Source: Pelomyxa schiedti (taxonomy: Eukaryota; Protista; Evosea). From it: DNA of 41,325 nt. A program made the position numbers and the translations under genes. The notes under the pieces were generated by a model, which searched no databases, was not told the DNA's origin, and worked only from the letters and a program-made list of their open reading frames with translations. How positions within the stretch are numbered: the first letter of the stretch is position 1; each line of letters starts with the position of its first letter. Location of the stretch: contig JAHLWZ010000278.1 in the NCBI GenBank assembly GCA_020536535.1, positions 1 through 41,325 of the forward strand. The letters run 5' to 3'. Positions 1 to 11,300 of this stretch are shown piece after piece.

Positions 1-3000
1 CATCAAAGGCCTTTCATGTGCCACTTTGCTTCTTAACCGAAATAAATTGAATGGGTTTCCACAGTGGCTTCCAGACTCAGCCATTACGAACGTAGTCTTC
101 GACGAGAATCCACTATCCACTGTCCCTTTTGATATCAAAAGGAAAACAATTGACAGCTGGCTTACTATGAAGCACTTTGTGAAATTTGGTCAAATACCTA
201 TCAGATCCAGATTTCACAAACTCCTTCTTGTTGGTGAAACTACTTCCGGAAAGGCATCTTTGTTGAAGTGCCTCATGGAAAAAAAATCTAAAGTCTCTAG
301 TCCCAGTGAAAAGGAATTTTCCTCATCGTGTATTGCAATGCAAACTAAGCCCTTCAAATTCTACAAGAAGTCTAAGAATACATGGACAGTATGGAACTTG
401 GGTATGCGTTCAAACCCTCTGCATCTCTTTTTTTTAAAACCAATAAAAAGGGCTCTGGCACCAGTTTTACCCATGCTTCTTTGTCAGTGATTCAATCTTT
501 TTATTCGTGTTTGATATATTGCGTAAAACTGCACTTCCTCAAATACTATCATGGCTCAAGCAACTTGTCAAATTCCAAAAACAGAAAAGCGGGTATAAAT
601 TTTGGTTCGAAAAGACCCACCAATATTTGTTAAAAAACAGACATACAAAACAAAGTGCTGGTGCCACTGTTATCTTCATTGGAACTTATACCAACGCTCC
701 TGAAGAGGCTGGGACTTTTCTCAGAGAATTTTTCACTTCCATCACATCAAACCCCATCAGCAAAGACTTTATATTTGATGGCTTCTTTGGAATCAACTTC
801 CACCGCGGAACAGGGCTTACTTTTAATTCCAGAAGTCTCGACTGGGAAATGACTGGCAAACCGTTTGAAGAAATAGCGTTTCTGTTGGAGGAGATTGGAA
901 GTGAGGAGCCCACCTATGTGTCACAAAGCTGGATTAACCTAAATACTGAGCTAGACAGGATCAAAGAAAGCGAAATAAGCTGGAACAAATTTGTGGCAAT
1001 TGCCAGAAGATGTGGGGTCGGGAAAACTTGGGGTAATAACCAACAAAAGGAACTCAGGGAAATTGAATCTTGCTGCAATTACTTGGCAGATATTGGTACC
1101 CTGATCCACTTCCGGCATCCCTTTTTTTCAGGTGAACTTCCATTATTTTCCTGCAGTCAAAAGGGCAGCTTCATGCTTTCCAACATCATTGTCCTGAAGT
1201 TTGACTGGTTTTCTCGCATACAGAAATCAATTGATGCCGCAATCACGGACTGCCGCGATATCTTGCTGTCTGTGGAAAATCACCCTATGTGGCGATACTG
1301 CAACCAGGTCTGGGACAGTCATCGAATTGTGCCATTACTCTTGAAATTACAGGCAATGGTTGTACTCAGAGAGAACATGCGGTTCTCGTTCTCGCTCCTC
1401 CCTGTTGAACCTCCACCAGAGAATGCCTTGGAAATCCGGGGCTTTTGGGGTGAGTTTGACAACACAGGCAAGCAAGTGATTTTCAGTGGAAGGTCCATCA
1501 AATGCGAATACTTTCCCGTGGCATCTTTCTCTGAAGTGATGACCATGCTGTGGAACTTACCATGTGCCGTTCCGTGTTGGTTTTGGAGAGAAGGACTTCT
1601 TCTGCGTGCTAAGAAGGAGCCCTTTGAGAATTATTTGTTGATATCCCACACAGACAATGAGACAATTGACATTTGTATGCTCTCAACCTTTTCAGAAGAT
1701 GTGAAACCATCCTGGAGCAATAACTTGATGATACCAGTTCTTAATCTCCTGTACCATTGTACTAGTTTCACAGAAATTTTCACCGAGACAAAATTCTGTT
1801 GCCCTCACTGTTTATTGGAATACAGCAAGTTATTTTCTGCTCATGGTAGCGCGGCGAGGGTTGCACCAGTCTGCATGCCTCCAGATATAACTAATTTTAC
1901 CTATAATGAAGTATTGGATGCTGCAGTAGGCGGACTAAAATGCCTTCAATGTAAAAAGAATAAACCAGATCCTGTTCCGGTCGAACTAACAGGGATCATA
2001 CCAGAACTCTATGCCACCCCTTTCCCAGTTATTGGCGACTCAACCATCCAATACTTTACCGCCTTGGTGAAGTATCTTGCGATTCCGGAGCATCCCAGAC
2101 TCTTGAAGTTCTTCACTGCTAGAGTGCCTTTTCCTGAACTACCCTGTCCCGTTACGCCTCACCATTTGAACGACATTCAAGGTTTTACCTGGGCCCAGTT
2201 CCGCAAGAATCCGGTTCTGGGGGATCTGTTGAACATGTGCACCACAGACAGAACATCTCCGCATCTACTTGAGCGGGTTCTCCCATTGAACCTTCGGGAA
2301 AAAATCTTGAAAGACGTTGCCTTCGGTTTGGAGCACCTCCACAAACAGATTCCGCCAATTACCCACGGGGATATCTGCGTTGGTTTGTCTACTCTCACCA
2401 CCATCTTACTTATGTCCTCGAAGAAAACGTGATAATTTCCTCGCTGGATGACTCAGGACCCGAACCATGGGCAAAAGTAGCCTTTCTTCAAAAAAAATTC
2501 ATTATAATTTATAAGCCCAACTCCACCAAAAGATTGTACTCAACTGCAGCAATGAAGAACTCCCGGCAAAGGGAAAGAATACATTCCAGGGGATTTCACG
2601 GGCGCCGGAATTTGTTTCCGGGTCAACGCTAAGCACCCAGGATGATATTTGGAATTTCGGTAACAACTTCTCTCCAACTCCCCCCCGTCCATTCATCTCA
2701 GTCACTAATCAGGAATCCTGGTGCACCAGCTTGTTTACCCGTTTGTGTCATCAATAGAGCTTACGCGGTCACAACCAAATACACTCCCTTACACACAACA
2801 ACCAACAAGCAGCAACGGCAACAACCAATTTCCCATCACCACGCATACCTACGGCACCCCGGAACAACAGCCGGAATCGCGCGGAATCCGGGATTCCGAT
2901 GTGATCATGGTTGAGAGGTACCAACTAGGAAAGGCATTAGCAACTGGTGCATACGCACTCCCCCCATTCCAATTCATGCACAACCAAAACATCAGCGGCG

Positions 3001-3173
3001 AAAATCCGGCACCAACACCATCAACAACCACAGCAACAGCTAGTCACCACCATTCCGGTGTGTATGCACCACCCTGGGCTATTCAGATAATGACCTGTTG
3101 CTGGTCTATTGATCCCCAAACAAGGCCCCCAATCAGTTCCATTCTGAACGTGTGGGCTCACTTTGATAATTGA
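1..3173 (+). CDS. Degenerate ROCO-family protein (LRR-Roc-COR-pseudokinase), copy 1, 5' end outside window
   Basis: Near-identical to 9446-12596. Roc-like KLLLVGETTSGKASLLKCL, COR-like YLADIGTLIHF and CPHC, kinase remnants HGDICVENV, RAPEF, DIWNFG, CCWSIDPQTRP. Introns inferred at 402-450 and 593-640 (GT-AG) and in the kinase part. The acceptor near 2515 differs from copy 2 and may break the frame. Confidence 0.8.
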
Positions 3174-3491
3174 GCAAATGGGCCCATAATTACGACCACA
3201 TTGGAGGCTTGTAGAAAGATACTACCCGTTGGGCAAATTCCACTGTTCAGGCAGAAATGTTCCCATGATACAGAATGAACCACATTTCTGCCTGGCAAAA
3301 CCAAGTGCCTCTACACATTCCGCGTGACCTGACCTGATGGTCCACCATCATGAGGCTGGACAAAGGTAAACCTTAGGCTTCCTTCTTTTTTGTTGTTTCC
3401 GAAACAATAACGACTATGGCACTCACACTTTTTCCTCTGAGCAGCATGGCAAGATCCAAAGCCCCAAAAAATAAAAAGTGTGAGTCCCAAC

Positions 3492-3845
3492 ATGAGTGAC
3501 GTTAACGATGGGACCGTGTCTGCGACACAACAACAACGGGAACGGGGGGACGAGAGATCCACAGCATCACCATCGTCGCCATCTTCATCATCTTCGTCGT
3601 CATCGTCGGCGTCGGTGACAGGAGCGGCGGGGGGGGTGATGGAGCGGTACTCTACGTTCGTCGTGAGAAACGCGAAGCGCGTGGAGTCGGTGGAGAACTT
3701 TGTCAGCAATTACCTGTACTTGATGCCCAGGACATTGGGCCTCGACACTGCAATTAAGGCTCAGTCTGGTGTGTAGTATTTCCCCTGCCCCTCTTTATTA
3801 AGAAAGCTCACTGAATGACATACACGGCCGGTCACATTTATCCCG
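3492..3845 (+). CDS. PEX16: PEX16 second copy, exon 1 only, cut by assembly gap
   Basis: MSDVND...MERYSTFVVRNAKRVESVENFVSNYLYLMPRTLGLDTAIKAQS, matching exon 1 of 12696-14134; runs into intron 1 and then the N gap. Confidence 0.8.
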
Positions 3846-3945
3846 NNNNNNNNNNNNNNNNNNNNNNNNNNNNNNNNNNNNNNNNNNNNNNNNNNNNNNN
3901 NNNNNNNNNNNNNNNNNNNNNNNNNNNNNNNNNNNNNNNNNNNNN
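3846..3945. other. Assembly gap (100 N)
   Basis: Run of N; true size unknown. Confidence 1.
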
Positions 3946-4275
3946 GCCATCCCGAAATCCTCCTGCAATGCCACCGCGATATTCTCCGCACTCTGCACGC
4001 CGGAATCATTCCAAAGCATATCACCACCGGCATCACCGGAATGCTTCATTCCCAATGACTACAGTGCACTCACATACTCTGGCCTTCCAGTATCCTCCAT
4101 CAAGCAGGACTTCTTCTTGTGCGGCCGAGACACCCGCAATCCCACAATTGGGTTTGCGGAAAGCCCCACGTGTGTATCCGCCACCCCCAAACTACTTCCA
4201 CCGCTCAGTCCCATAACTCTAACTCTCGCCGTCGTCCTCATCGCCTCCCTCCGCTTTGTTTGCGCCAGCCCTTGA
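3946..4275 (+). CDS. 3' end of a Cys-containing, probably GPI-anchored or tail-anchored surface protein (5' part in gap)
   Basis: Open frame from the gap edge: AIPKSSCNATAIFSALCTPESF...CFIPNDY...CGRDTRNPTIGFAESPTCVSATPKLLPPLSPITLTLAVVLIASLRFVCASP-stop. Contains an NAT sequon and a hydrophobic C-terminus. Not in the ORF track. Confidence 0.6.
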   Translation, partial: AIPKSSCNATAIFSALCTPESFQSISPPASPECFIPNDYSALTYSGLPVSSIKQDFFLCGRDTRNPTIGFAESPTCVSATPKLLPPLSPITLTLAVVLIASLRFVCASP

Positions 4276-4458
4276 TCTTTGACACGGGTTTTGCCCAAAA
4301 AAAGAAATGTCAAGAGAAGAAAGCAAGCAATACCCAAGAATTCTTTTTGATAACGTTGAAATCACATTGCACCATTCGGATAAAACGAGAAAGGAACAAA
4401 CATAACCTTTTTCCGTTCCTTACACCCAACAAGACGTTGGCGGTGGCGTACGAGTGCG

Positions 4459-7400
4459 ATGGCGCAAACAGAGGTCGATGCCGATTATGGGGCCGGCGAA
4501 AACAACAGCCACAATACCAGCCAAATTCAAATCCAACTTGATGAACAACAACCACATTCACATAGGGAATTTACCAACAACAATACCACAAACTCAAGCA
4601 ACAACAACAATAACAACAACAAGAGGGGTGTTGCATGGTATGAGGTGGTTGCTATTGGTGTGTCGGTTTGCTGTGCTTGTGTCATTATTGGCACAGTGTG
4701 CGTTGTGCCTATCTACACAAAGAGCATGTACGATTCCCTTGGTATGTTGGTTTGCTTGTTTGTTTCTTTGTGTATTTGGCGTGATATATTTCCTTTGCCT
4801 ATTATTCTTTGGCTTGGCGTTCAATGTGTTGCTATCTTTTCATTCTGTGATTTCTAACTCCTTTGCGCTGACAGTGGAGAGGACAAGTGCCACATTACAA
4901 TCCACCGCAAAGGATGCAGCCTATCAAATCGGTACAAAGCTGAAAGAGTACCAAACCATGCTGGAAATGTATGGCGATGCTGTAATACAGGTTCGGGGAT
5001 GACCATTCCACAAATAACTCAAAAAAAAAAACAAAAACTTTTCAGGCCCGCTGGGATAATGTGAGTGAACTCCTGCCTGAAAGTTGCTTCTCTTGGGGGC
5101 TATTCTTCGGAGTGAGCTCAATTTATTACACACCCTCTTCTGAGTGCGGCCTGGGGCTGACAGCTTATACATCTGACCACCTCTACCCTGGAGATCCTGG
5201 TTACTCAGAGTTGATGTTGAATTTGCGGAATCTTATGTTGGGACAAACCACTTATCCAAACGACTTGGCACTCTCTTTTATGAGCAAGTACAGCATAAAT
5301 GCTGTTGCCAGCGTCACTCTAGAACAAGTTGTGAGAATGACTCCATGGTGGAATGTGAGCTTGATCACAGCAGATAAAGTTGAGGTTTTCACTGAAATTC
5401 AATCCTATATTGGCATCCGAGCACCAAAGTGGACACCACCTCTCAAAGATCCTCGGTATAATGGATGGAAGACACGGCTTTACATCCCACTTCTTCGGTC
5501 AGGCAGTGCTTATGGAGTTGCTGTTCTTCAGGTGGACCCAAGGTCACTTCCTGTTCCACTTCTGTTTTTTCCTCAATTCTTTTGCGAAAAGTTACATCAT
5601 TGACTACGTTGAATTGGTGAGCACTCTGATGCCCTACAAGGGTTACTCCTTGATTGTGTCAAGCACTGGTTCCATTCTGGCAATCCCGGAAAAGGGCTGG
5701 AAAGATTGGTCACTTGGGATTGTTGACTTCAATTTCACTGAGGAAATGGACAAAGATTCCTTTGACCCGGGCTTTTGGAATATCTTCAATGTAGAAGGCA
5801 CCTTCTTTTATTGAACTTGTTGCTAAACTTCTCTCTAGAATCCAGCGTTTGCCCAAGTGGGCATTCCGGTGAATGAATCTATTTCCTCGTCGAACAGCAC
5901 AACTCTTGCGTGTGGAACCAGCACCGTTTCTTTAAACAAAGGGGAGACCATCATCTCGTGGAATCAGATTGAAACTGCCAATTGGGTGGTGATTGCTGTG
6001 CTGAACAAGGATGATGCCCTGAGTGCACAAGAGACAGCACTGGTCAAAGTCATTGTCCTGTCTTCGATAATGGGCTGCGTTGTGCTCATCGTTTCCATTT
6101 CGACTGCGATATACATGGCCGTCAAGAAACAGTACTCCCATCTTTCGAACAAGGCAGTCCACCACAAAATTAAATTAAATTAATTGTCATCTTACCGCAC
6201 GTGGTTATAGGTCGCGGATCTGCACCTGAAGCTTGAAGAGGCCGAACACAAAATCAGTCAACTCACAACGACGGCAGACGAAGTGACAGTCACCGCTCTC
6301 ACATCTGGGCTTGATAAAGTTCCTTTCATTGAACCTCCAACATGAACTTATTTCATGAAGGTGACCACACTCATTGCGAGGCTGGTGGACAATCCGGGAA
6401 GAGGGATTGATGCCGAGGACGTGGACACCCTCAAATTGACACAAATGCTTCTCATGACCCGAAATTTCACAACAGTCAAGCTCGAAACGGACTTGACTGA
6501 AAATCAGCATCAGTTCATTCTCGACTGTGGAATGCAAGTTGATGAAAAGAATGTCTTTGGGAAAGCACGCAGGACGCACAGCAGATCTGCTTTACGCAGC
6601 CAAGCGCGAAGCACAAATACCAGTGCCAGTGATTTTTCCAAATCCGTGGAGGAAGCGGAACTCCCGAGTAACATGGATGATGACATCCCATCCATAAATG
6701 ACTGGAGTTTTGACGTCTTCTCTGTATGTATCGTTGACTCATTACTGGTAATTTACACTTTTTTTGTAGCTTGAAGATAAACTCGCAGCTCACGGTGGAA
6801 ATATTCTGGGTGCTGTGGGATACAAAATTCTCTCAGAACAGTGGCTTTTACCCCAGTTCCACCCAACTGTGAAACTGGATATTCCCAACTTCTTTGGGTT
6901 TACCAGTCAGCTCAAGCGCGGCTACTCCCGGCACCCCAACCCTTACCACAACTTCCTTCACGCCGCTGATGTGACTCAGGCAATGAACGTTCTTTTACAG
7001 ATGGCCACACAGAGCTCGGAGGAGTTTGCTTCATGCCTTTCACCTCTTGACAAAATTGCTTGTGTTCTTGCCGCCTTATCCCATGACTACAGAGTGCGTA
7101 TTCTTTTTTCCTTTTCCCCGCATTTAAAATCCCTCAGCACCCTGGTCTGAACAGCAACTTCTTGAAATCCACGATGGACGCTATTTACGTGAAATACGGA
7201 GACTCAGTGTTGGAACGCATGCATGCCGCAACTGCTCTGAAAGTGCTGTTCTTCCGGAATAAATGCTGTGCCCTCCGCGCACTCTCTCCCGATGATCAGC
7301 ATTACATTCACACAGTGATGATGAGCCTTATTCTGGCCACCGATATGGCGAAACACATTGACATCCTGGAAACAATGAAGAGCTTCGGGGTTGGGACAAG

Positions 7401-7956
7401 GACAACAACGGCCGCACTGTTTTCTGCGGATCCGGGGCAAGCTAAAAGCGCCAAATTCCTTGTACTTCAAGTGCTCATGAAGATAGCCGATTTGTCGAAC
7501 GTATGCCGTGACTGGCCAGGTTTTATCCCCCGCTCTTTCTCATAGTCACTGCCCTGTACTCACGGAAATTACAGTGTGCAAAAAATGGACATACAATCTT
7601 GTGGAGTGTGTCACCCAAACGCAAAATCCTTTTTTTTTTTTATATATAATCTTTTGAATAGGGAATTCAAGGGTCAAGGTGAACAAGAAAAACGGCACGG
7701 AATTCCAACAAGTAAATTCATGGATGGTTCCACAACACCTCAAGAAATGCAAAACACGTGAGTGTCCCTCTCTCTCCCTCTCTTTCTTTCTTGTCATCCA
7801 TTCCGAGCTCCCCAACCCACAAACAATTGATATAGGTTCATACCGCTTATCGTGATACCGCTTCTCAAGGCTATTTCCGGCATCTTCCCAAACTTCCAAG
7901 TGTTGGAACAACGAGCCTGGGAAAACCTCGAACGCTGGCGCACAATGGCATCGTAA
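4459..7956 (+). CDS. Membrane receptor-type class I 3',5'-cyclic nucleotide phosphodiesterase (TM - dCache-like - TM - coiled coil - PDEase_I), about 12 exons
   Basis: Spliced product has PDE motifs NPYHNFLHAADVTQ, HDYRHPGLNSNF, LATDMAKH, KIADLSN, EEFKGQGEQEK and Q..FI. Two hydrophobic helices (about 4630-4710 and 6040-6120) flank Cache-like motifs KWTPPLKDP, GVAVLQVD, GYSLIVSSTGSILAIP and IETANWVVIAV. Confidence 0.9.
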
Positions 7957-8385
7957 GAGATCCAGGCACTATCATCCGTCCCACAATCGAGGAGAACAAC
8001 CCCCATGTCGAGTTAGCACACCACACGGCACCAACACTTTTTTGGCACAAAATGAACTTCCTTTTTCCCAAAAACGGGCAAAATTCATAACAACACCTCA
8101 AACGCTACGACGCACCCCAGTACTAGTACCGGCGCCAACGCCTCGGCAACTGCCGATAATGGGAGCGGCACAGCCCCGTCCCACAATTACGGCGGCAGTG
8201 TCCACTGTTTCGTCGTTGGCGACGCCGCGGCCGCGTCGTCGCTGTTCCGTATCCTCCTGCCGTACAACGGCCCCCCTTCGTCGCCGCCAGCTCCGACGCC
8301 GAAGACCGAGCCATGGAACAACCCGGCCCTGCTACGTGCCCTCGTCAACCCCGGCCACCCTCTGCGCAGCCAGCCAACAGCCCCA

Positions 8386-11300
8386 ATGGAAACGGACAAG
8401 GACGGCGTCCCGAATGACCTCACGCTTGGGCCCACCGGTGGGCCACGTCCCCACGTCACCGGCCACAGCAACTGCAGGACCGCGGACGCCGGCGGTGGTG
8501 CCGCCGCAGCGGCGTCTACCTCGACGTCGTCGCCGGTGCTGCAGTTGCACCGCAGGGGAAGCCCAGGGTGGGTGCGGGCCACCGGTGGGCCAGGAGGAGG
8601 ACTGGGGCCGGGACAAGTTGGGGTCGCCGTGGTGGTCGTGAAGGGCGATTTTGGCGACATGGGGGCCAACGCGCGGAACAAGTTGGTCTGCAAAGAGGTG
8701 GTGGGAGGGGTGACTGGACTGTGGCCCACCCGTGGGGTACAGCAGTACACGGGAGAAGCCTACCCCCTGGTAGTGGTTGTGGTGGACGACTACAAAGGCA
8801 ATTATGGGTTGAGATCCGAAGCGGCCTGCATCGCACTCTCGCTCTCGGTGTGTATTTCGTAGAATTCTTGAATAATAGTAAAAAAGAATGTTAGAATGTA
8901 TTTATTTTGCACTAGGGTATTTTGAAACCTCATCAAATTCAACGCTGTGGTTTTTCTTTTCTTGCTTGTTGACTTCAAAACAGCTATGTGCATATAGTTT
9001 GCTGAAGTATACCCCACAGTGCATGAGCCAGTTTGTGGGTGAATTCATATCTTCATTAATCGATATCTCGAGGAAAACAGGGTTCTGTGAATATACAATA
9101 ACCAGAGGTTTATGTCTGTAACACTACAATAAGCTCATTCTTATGGCCTATAGAGTGGACTTTCCAGGATATGCGTGAGTTCTTATTTCCTGGAGAAACA
9201 GTGGCAATGGCTATAGGTGAAATGCCCCAGGCATGTGCAAGGACATTGTTGCAGCTTCTGATGCCACAAGATAGCTCTCACAAGAGAGATTCCAGTGATA
9301 GCCCCCCAACAACAACAGCCACTGCACTGAGAACGTGGGTGATTATGGGAAACTGGGCTGCAGTTCGTGAGGTTTGCCTAACAGATGCATTAAAGGATGA
9401 AGACGTTAACCTTTCATCCTTGCACCTGAATTCAGTTCCAGAAGACATCAAAGGCCTTTCATGTGCCACTTTGCTTCTTAACCGAAATAAATTGAATGGG
9501 TTTCCACAGTGGCTTCCAGACTCAGCCATTACGAACGTAGTCTTCGACGAGAATCCACTATCCACTATCCCTTTTGATATCAAAAGGAAAACAATTGACA
9601 GCTGGCTTACTATGAAACACTTTGTGAAGTTTGGTCAAAGACCTGTCAGATCCAGATTTCACAAACTCCTTCTTGTTGGGGAAACCACTTCCGGAAAGGC
9701 ATCTTTGTTGAAGTGCCTCATGGGAAAAAAATCTAAAGTCTCTAGTCCCAGTGAAAAGGAATTTCACTCATCGTGTATTGCAATGCAAACTAAGCCCTTC
9801 AAATTCTACAAGAAGTCTAAGAATACATGGACAGTATGGAACCTGGGTATGTGTTCAAACCCTCCACATCTCTTTTTTTTAAAACCAATAAAAGGGCCCT
9901 GGCACCAGTTTTACCCGTGCTTCTTTGTCAGTGATTCAATCTTTTTATTCGTGTTTGATATATTGTGTAAAACTGCACTTCCTCAAATACAATCATGGCT
10001 CAAGCAACTTGTCAAATTCCAAAAACAGAAAAGCGGGTATAAATTTTGGTTCGGAAAAAAGACCCACCAATATTTGTTAAAAAACAGACATACAAAACAA
10101 AGTGCTGGTGCCACAGTTATCTTAATTGGAACTTATACCAACGCTCCTGAAGAGGCTGGGACTTTTCTCAGAGAATTTTTCACTTCCATCACATCAAACC
10201 CCATCAGCAAAGACTTTATATTCGATGGCTTCTTTGGAATCAACTTACACCGCGGAATAGGGCTTACTTTTAATTCCAGAAGTCTCGACTGGGAAATGAC
10301 TGGCAAACCATTTGAAGAAATAGCGTTTCTGTTGGAGGAGATTGGAAGTGAGGAGCCCACCTATGTGTCACAAAGCTGGATTAACCTAAATACTGAGCTA
10401 GACAGGATCAAAGAAAGCGAAATAAGCTGGAACAAATTTGTGGCAATTGCCAGAAGATGTGGGGTCGGGAAAACTTGGGGTAATAACCAACAAAAGGAAC
10501 TCAGGGAAATTGAATCTTGCTGCAATTACTTGGCAGATATTGGTACCCTGATCCACTTCCGGCATCCCTTTTTTTCAGGTGAACTTCCATTATTTTCCTG
10601 CAGTCAAAAGGGCAGCTTCATGCTTTCCAACATCATTGTCCTGAAGTTTGACTGGTTTTCTCGCATACAGAAATCAATTGATGCCGCAATCACGGACTGC
10701 CGCGATATCTTGCTGTCTGTGGAAAATCACCCTATGTGGCGATACTGCAACCAGGTCTGGGACAGTCATCGAATTGTGCCATTACTCTTGAAATTACAGG
10801 CAATGGTTGTACTCAGAGAGAACATGCGGTTCTCGTTCTCGCTCCTCCCTGTTGAACCTCCACCAGAGAATGCCTTGGAAATCCGGGGCTTTTGGGGTGA
10901 GTTTGACAACACAGGCAAGCAAGTGATTTTCAGTGGAAGGTCTATCAAATGCGAATACTTTCCCGTGGAATCTTTCTCTGAAGTGATGACCATGCTGTGG
11001 AACTTACCATGTGCCGTTCCGTGTTGGTTTTGGAGAGAAGGACTTCTTCTGCGTGCTAAGAAGGACCCCTTTGAGAATTATTTGTTGATATCCCACAAAG
11101 ACAATGAGACTATTGACATTTGTATGCTCTCAACCTTTTCAGAAGATGTGAAACCATCCTGGAGCAATAACTTGATGATACCAGTTCTTAATCTCCTGCA
11201 CCATTGTACTAGTTTCACAGAAATTTTCACCGAGACAAAATTCTGTTGCCCTCACTGTTTATTGGTATACAGCAAGTTATTTGCTGCTCATGGTAGCGCG

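Larger units (their letters stand above)
1..3845 (+). repeat. Segmental duplicate or alternative haplotype of 9446-13041 (ROCO + PEX16 exon 1)
   Basis: Direct comparison: 1-3170 matches 9446-12596 and 3492-3845 matches 12696-13041, with scattered substitutions and small indels. The intergenic spacers differ. Confidence 0.95.

Noticed and set aside
26-520. Apparent frameshift between ORFs 26-490 and 507-2432, suggesting a pseudogene
   Set aside because: The extra base lies in a 49-nt GT-AG intron (402-450); splicing restores the frame.
5791-5838. Possible GC donor at 5798 in the PDE gene
   Set aside because: Wrong phase; the GT at 5791 gives the in-frame junction. A second GC candidate at 6154 is ambiguous because an in-phase GT lies 3 nt downstream.
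8042-8894. Multiple long overlapping ORFs (also 15795-16508 and 38025-38971)
   Set aside because: By-products of GC-rich or low-complexity coding sequence; only one frame carries coherent motifs in each case.
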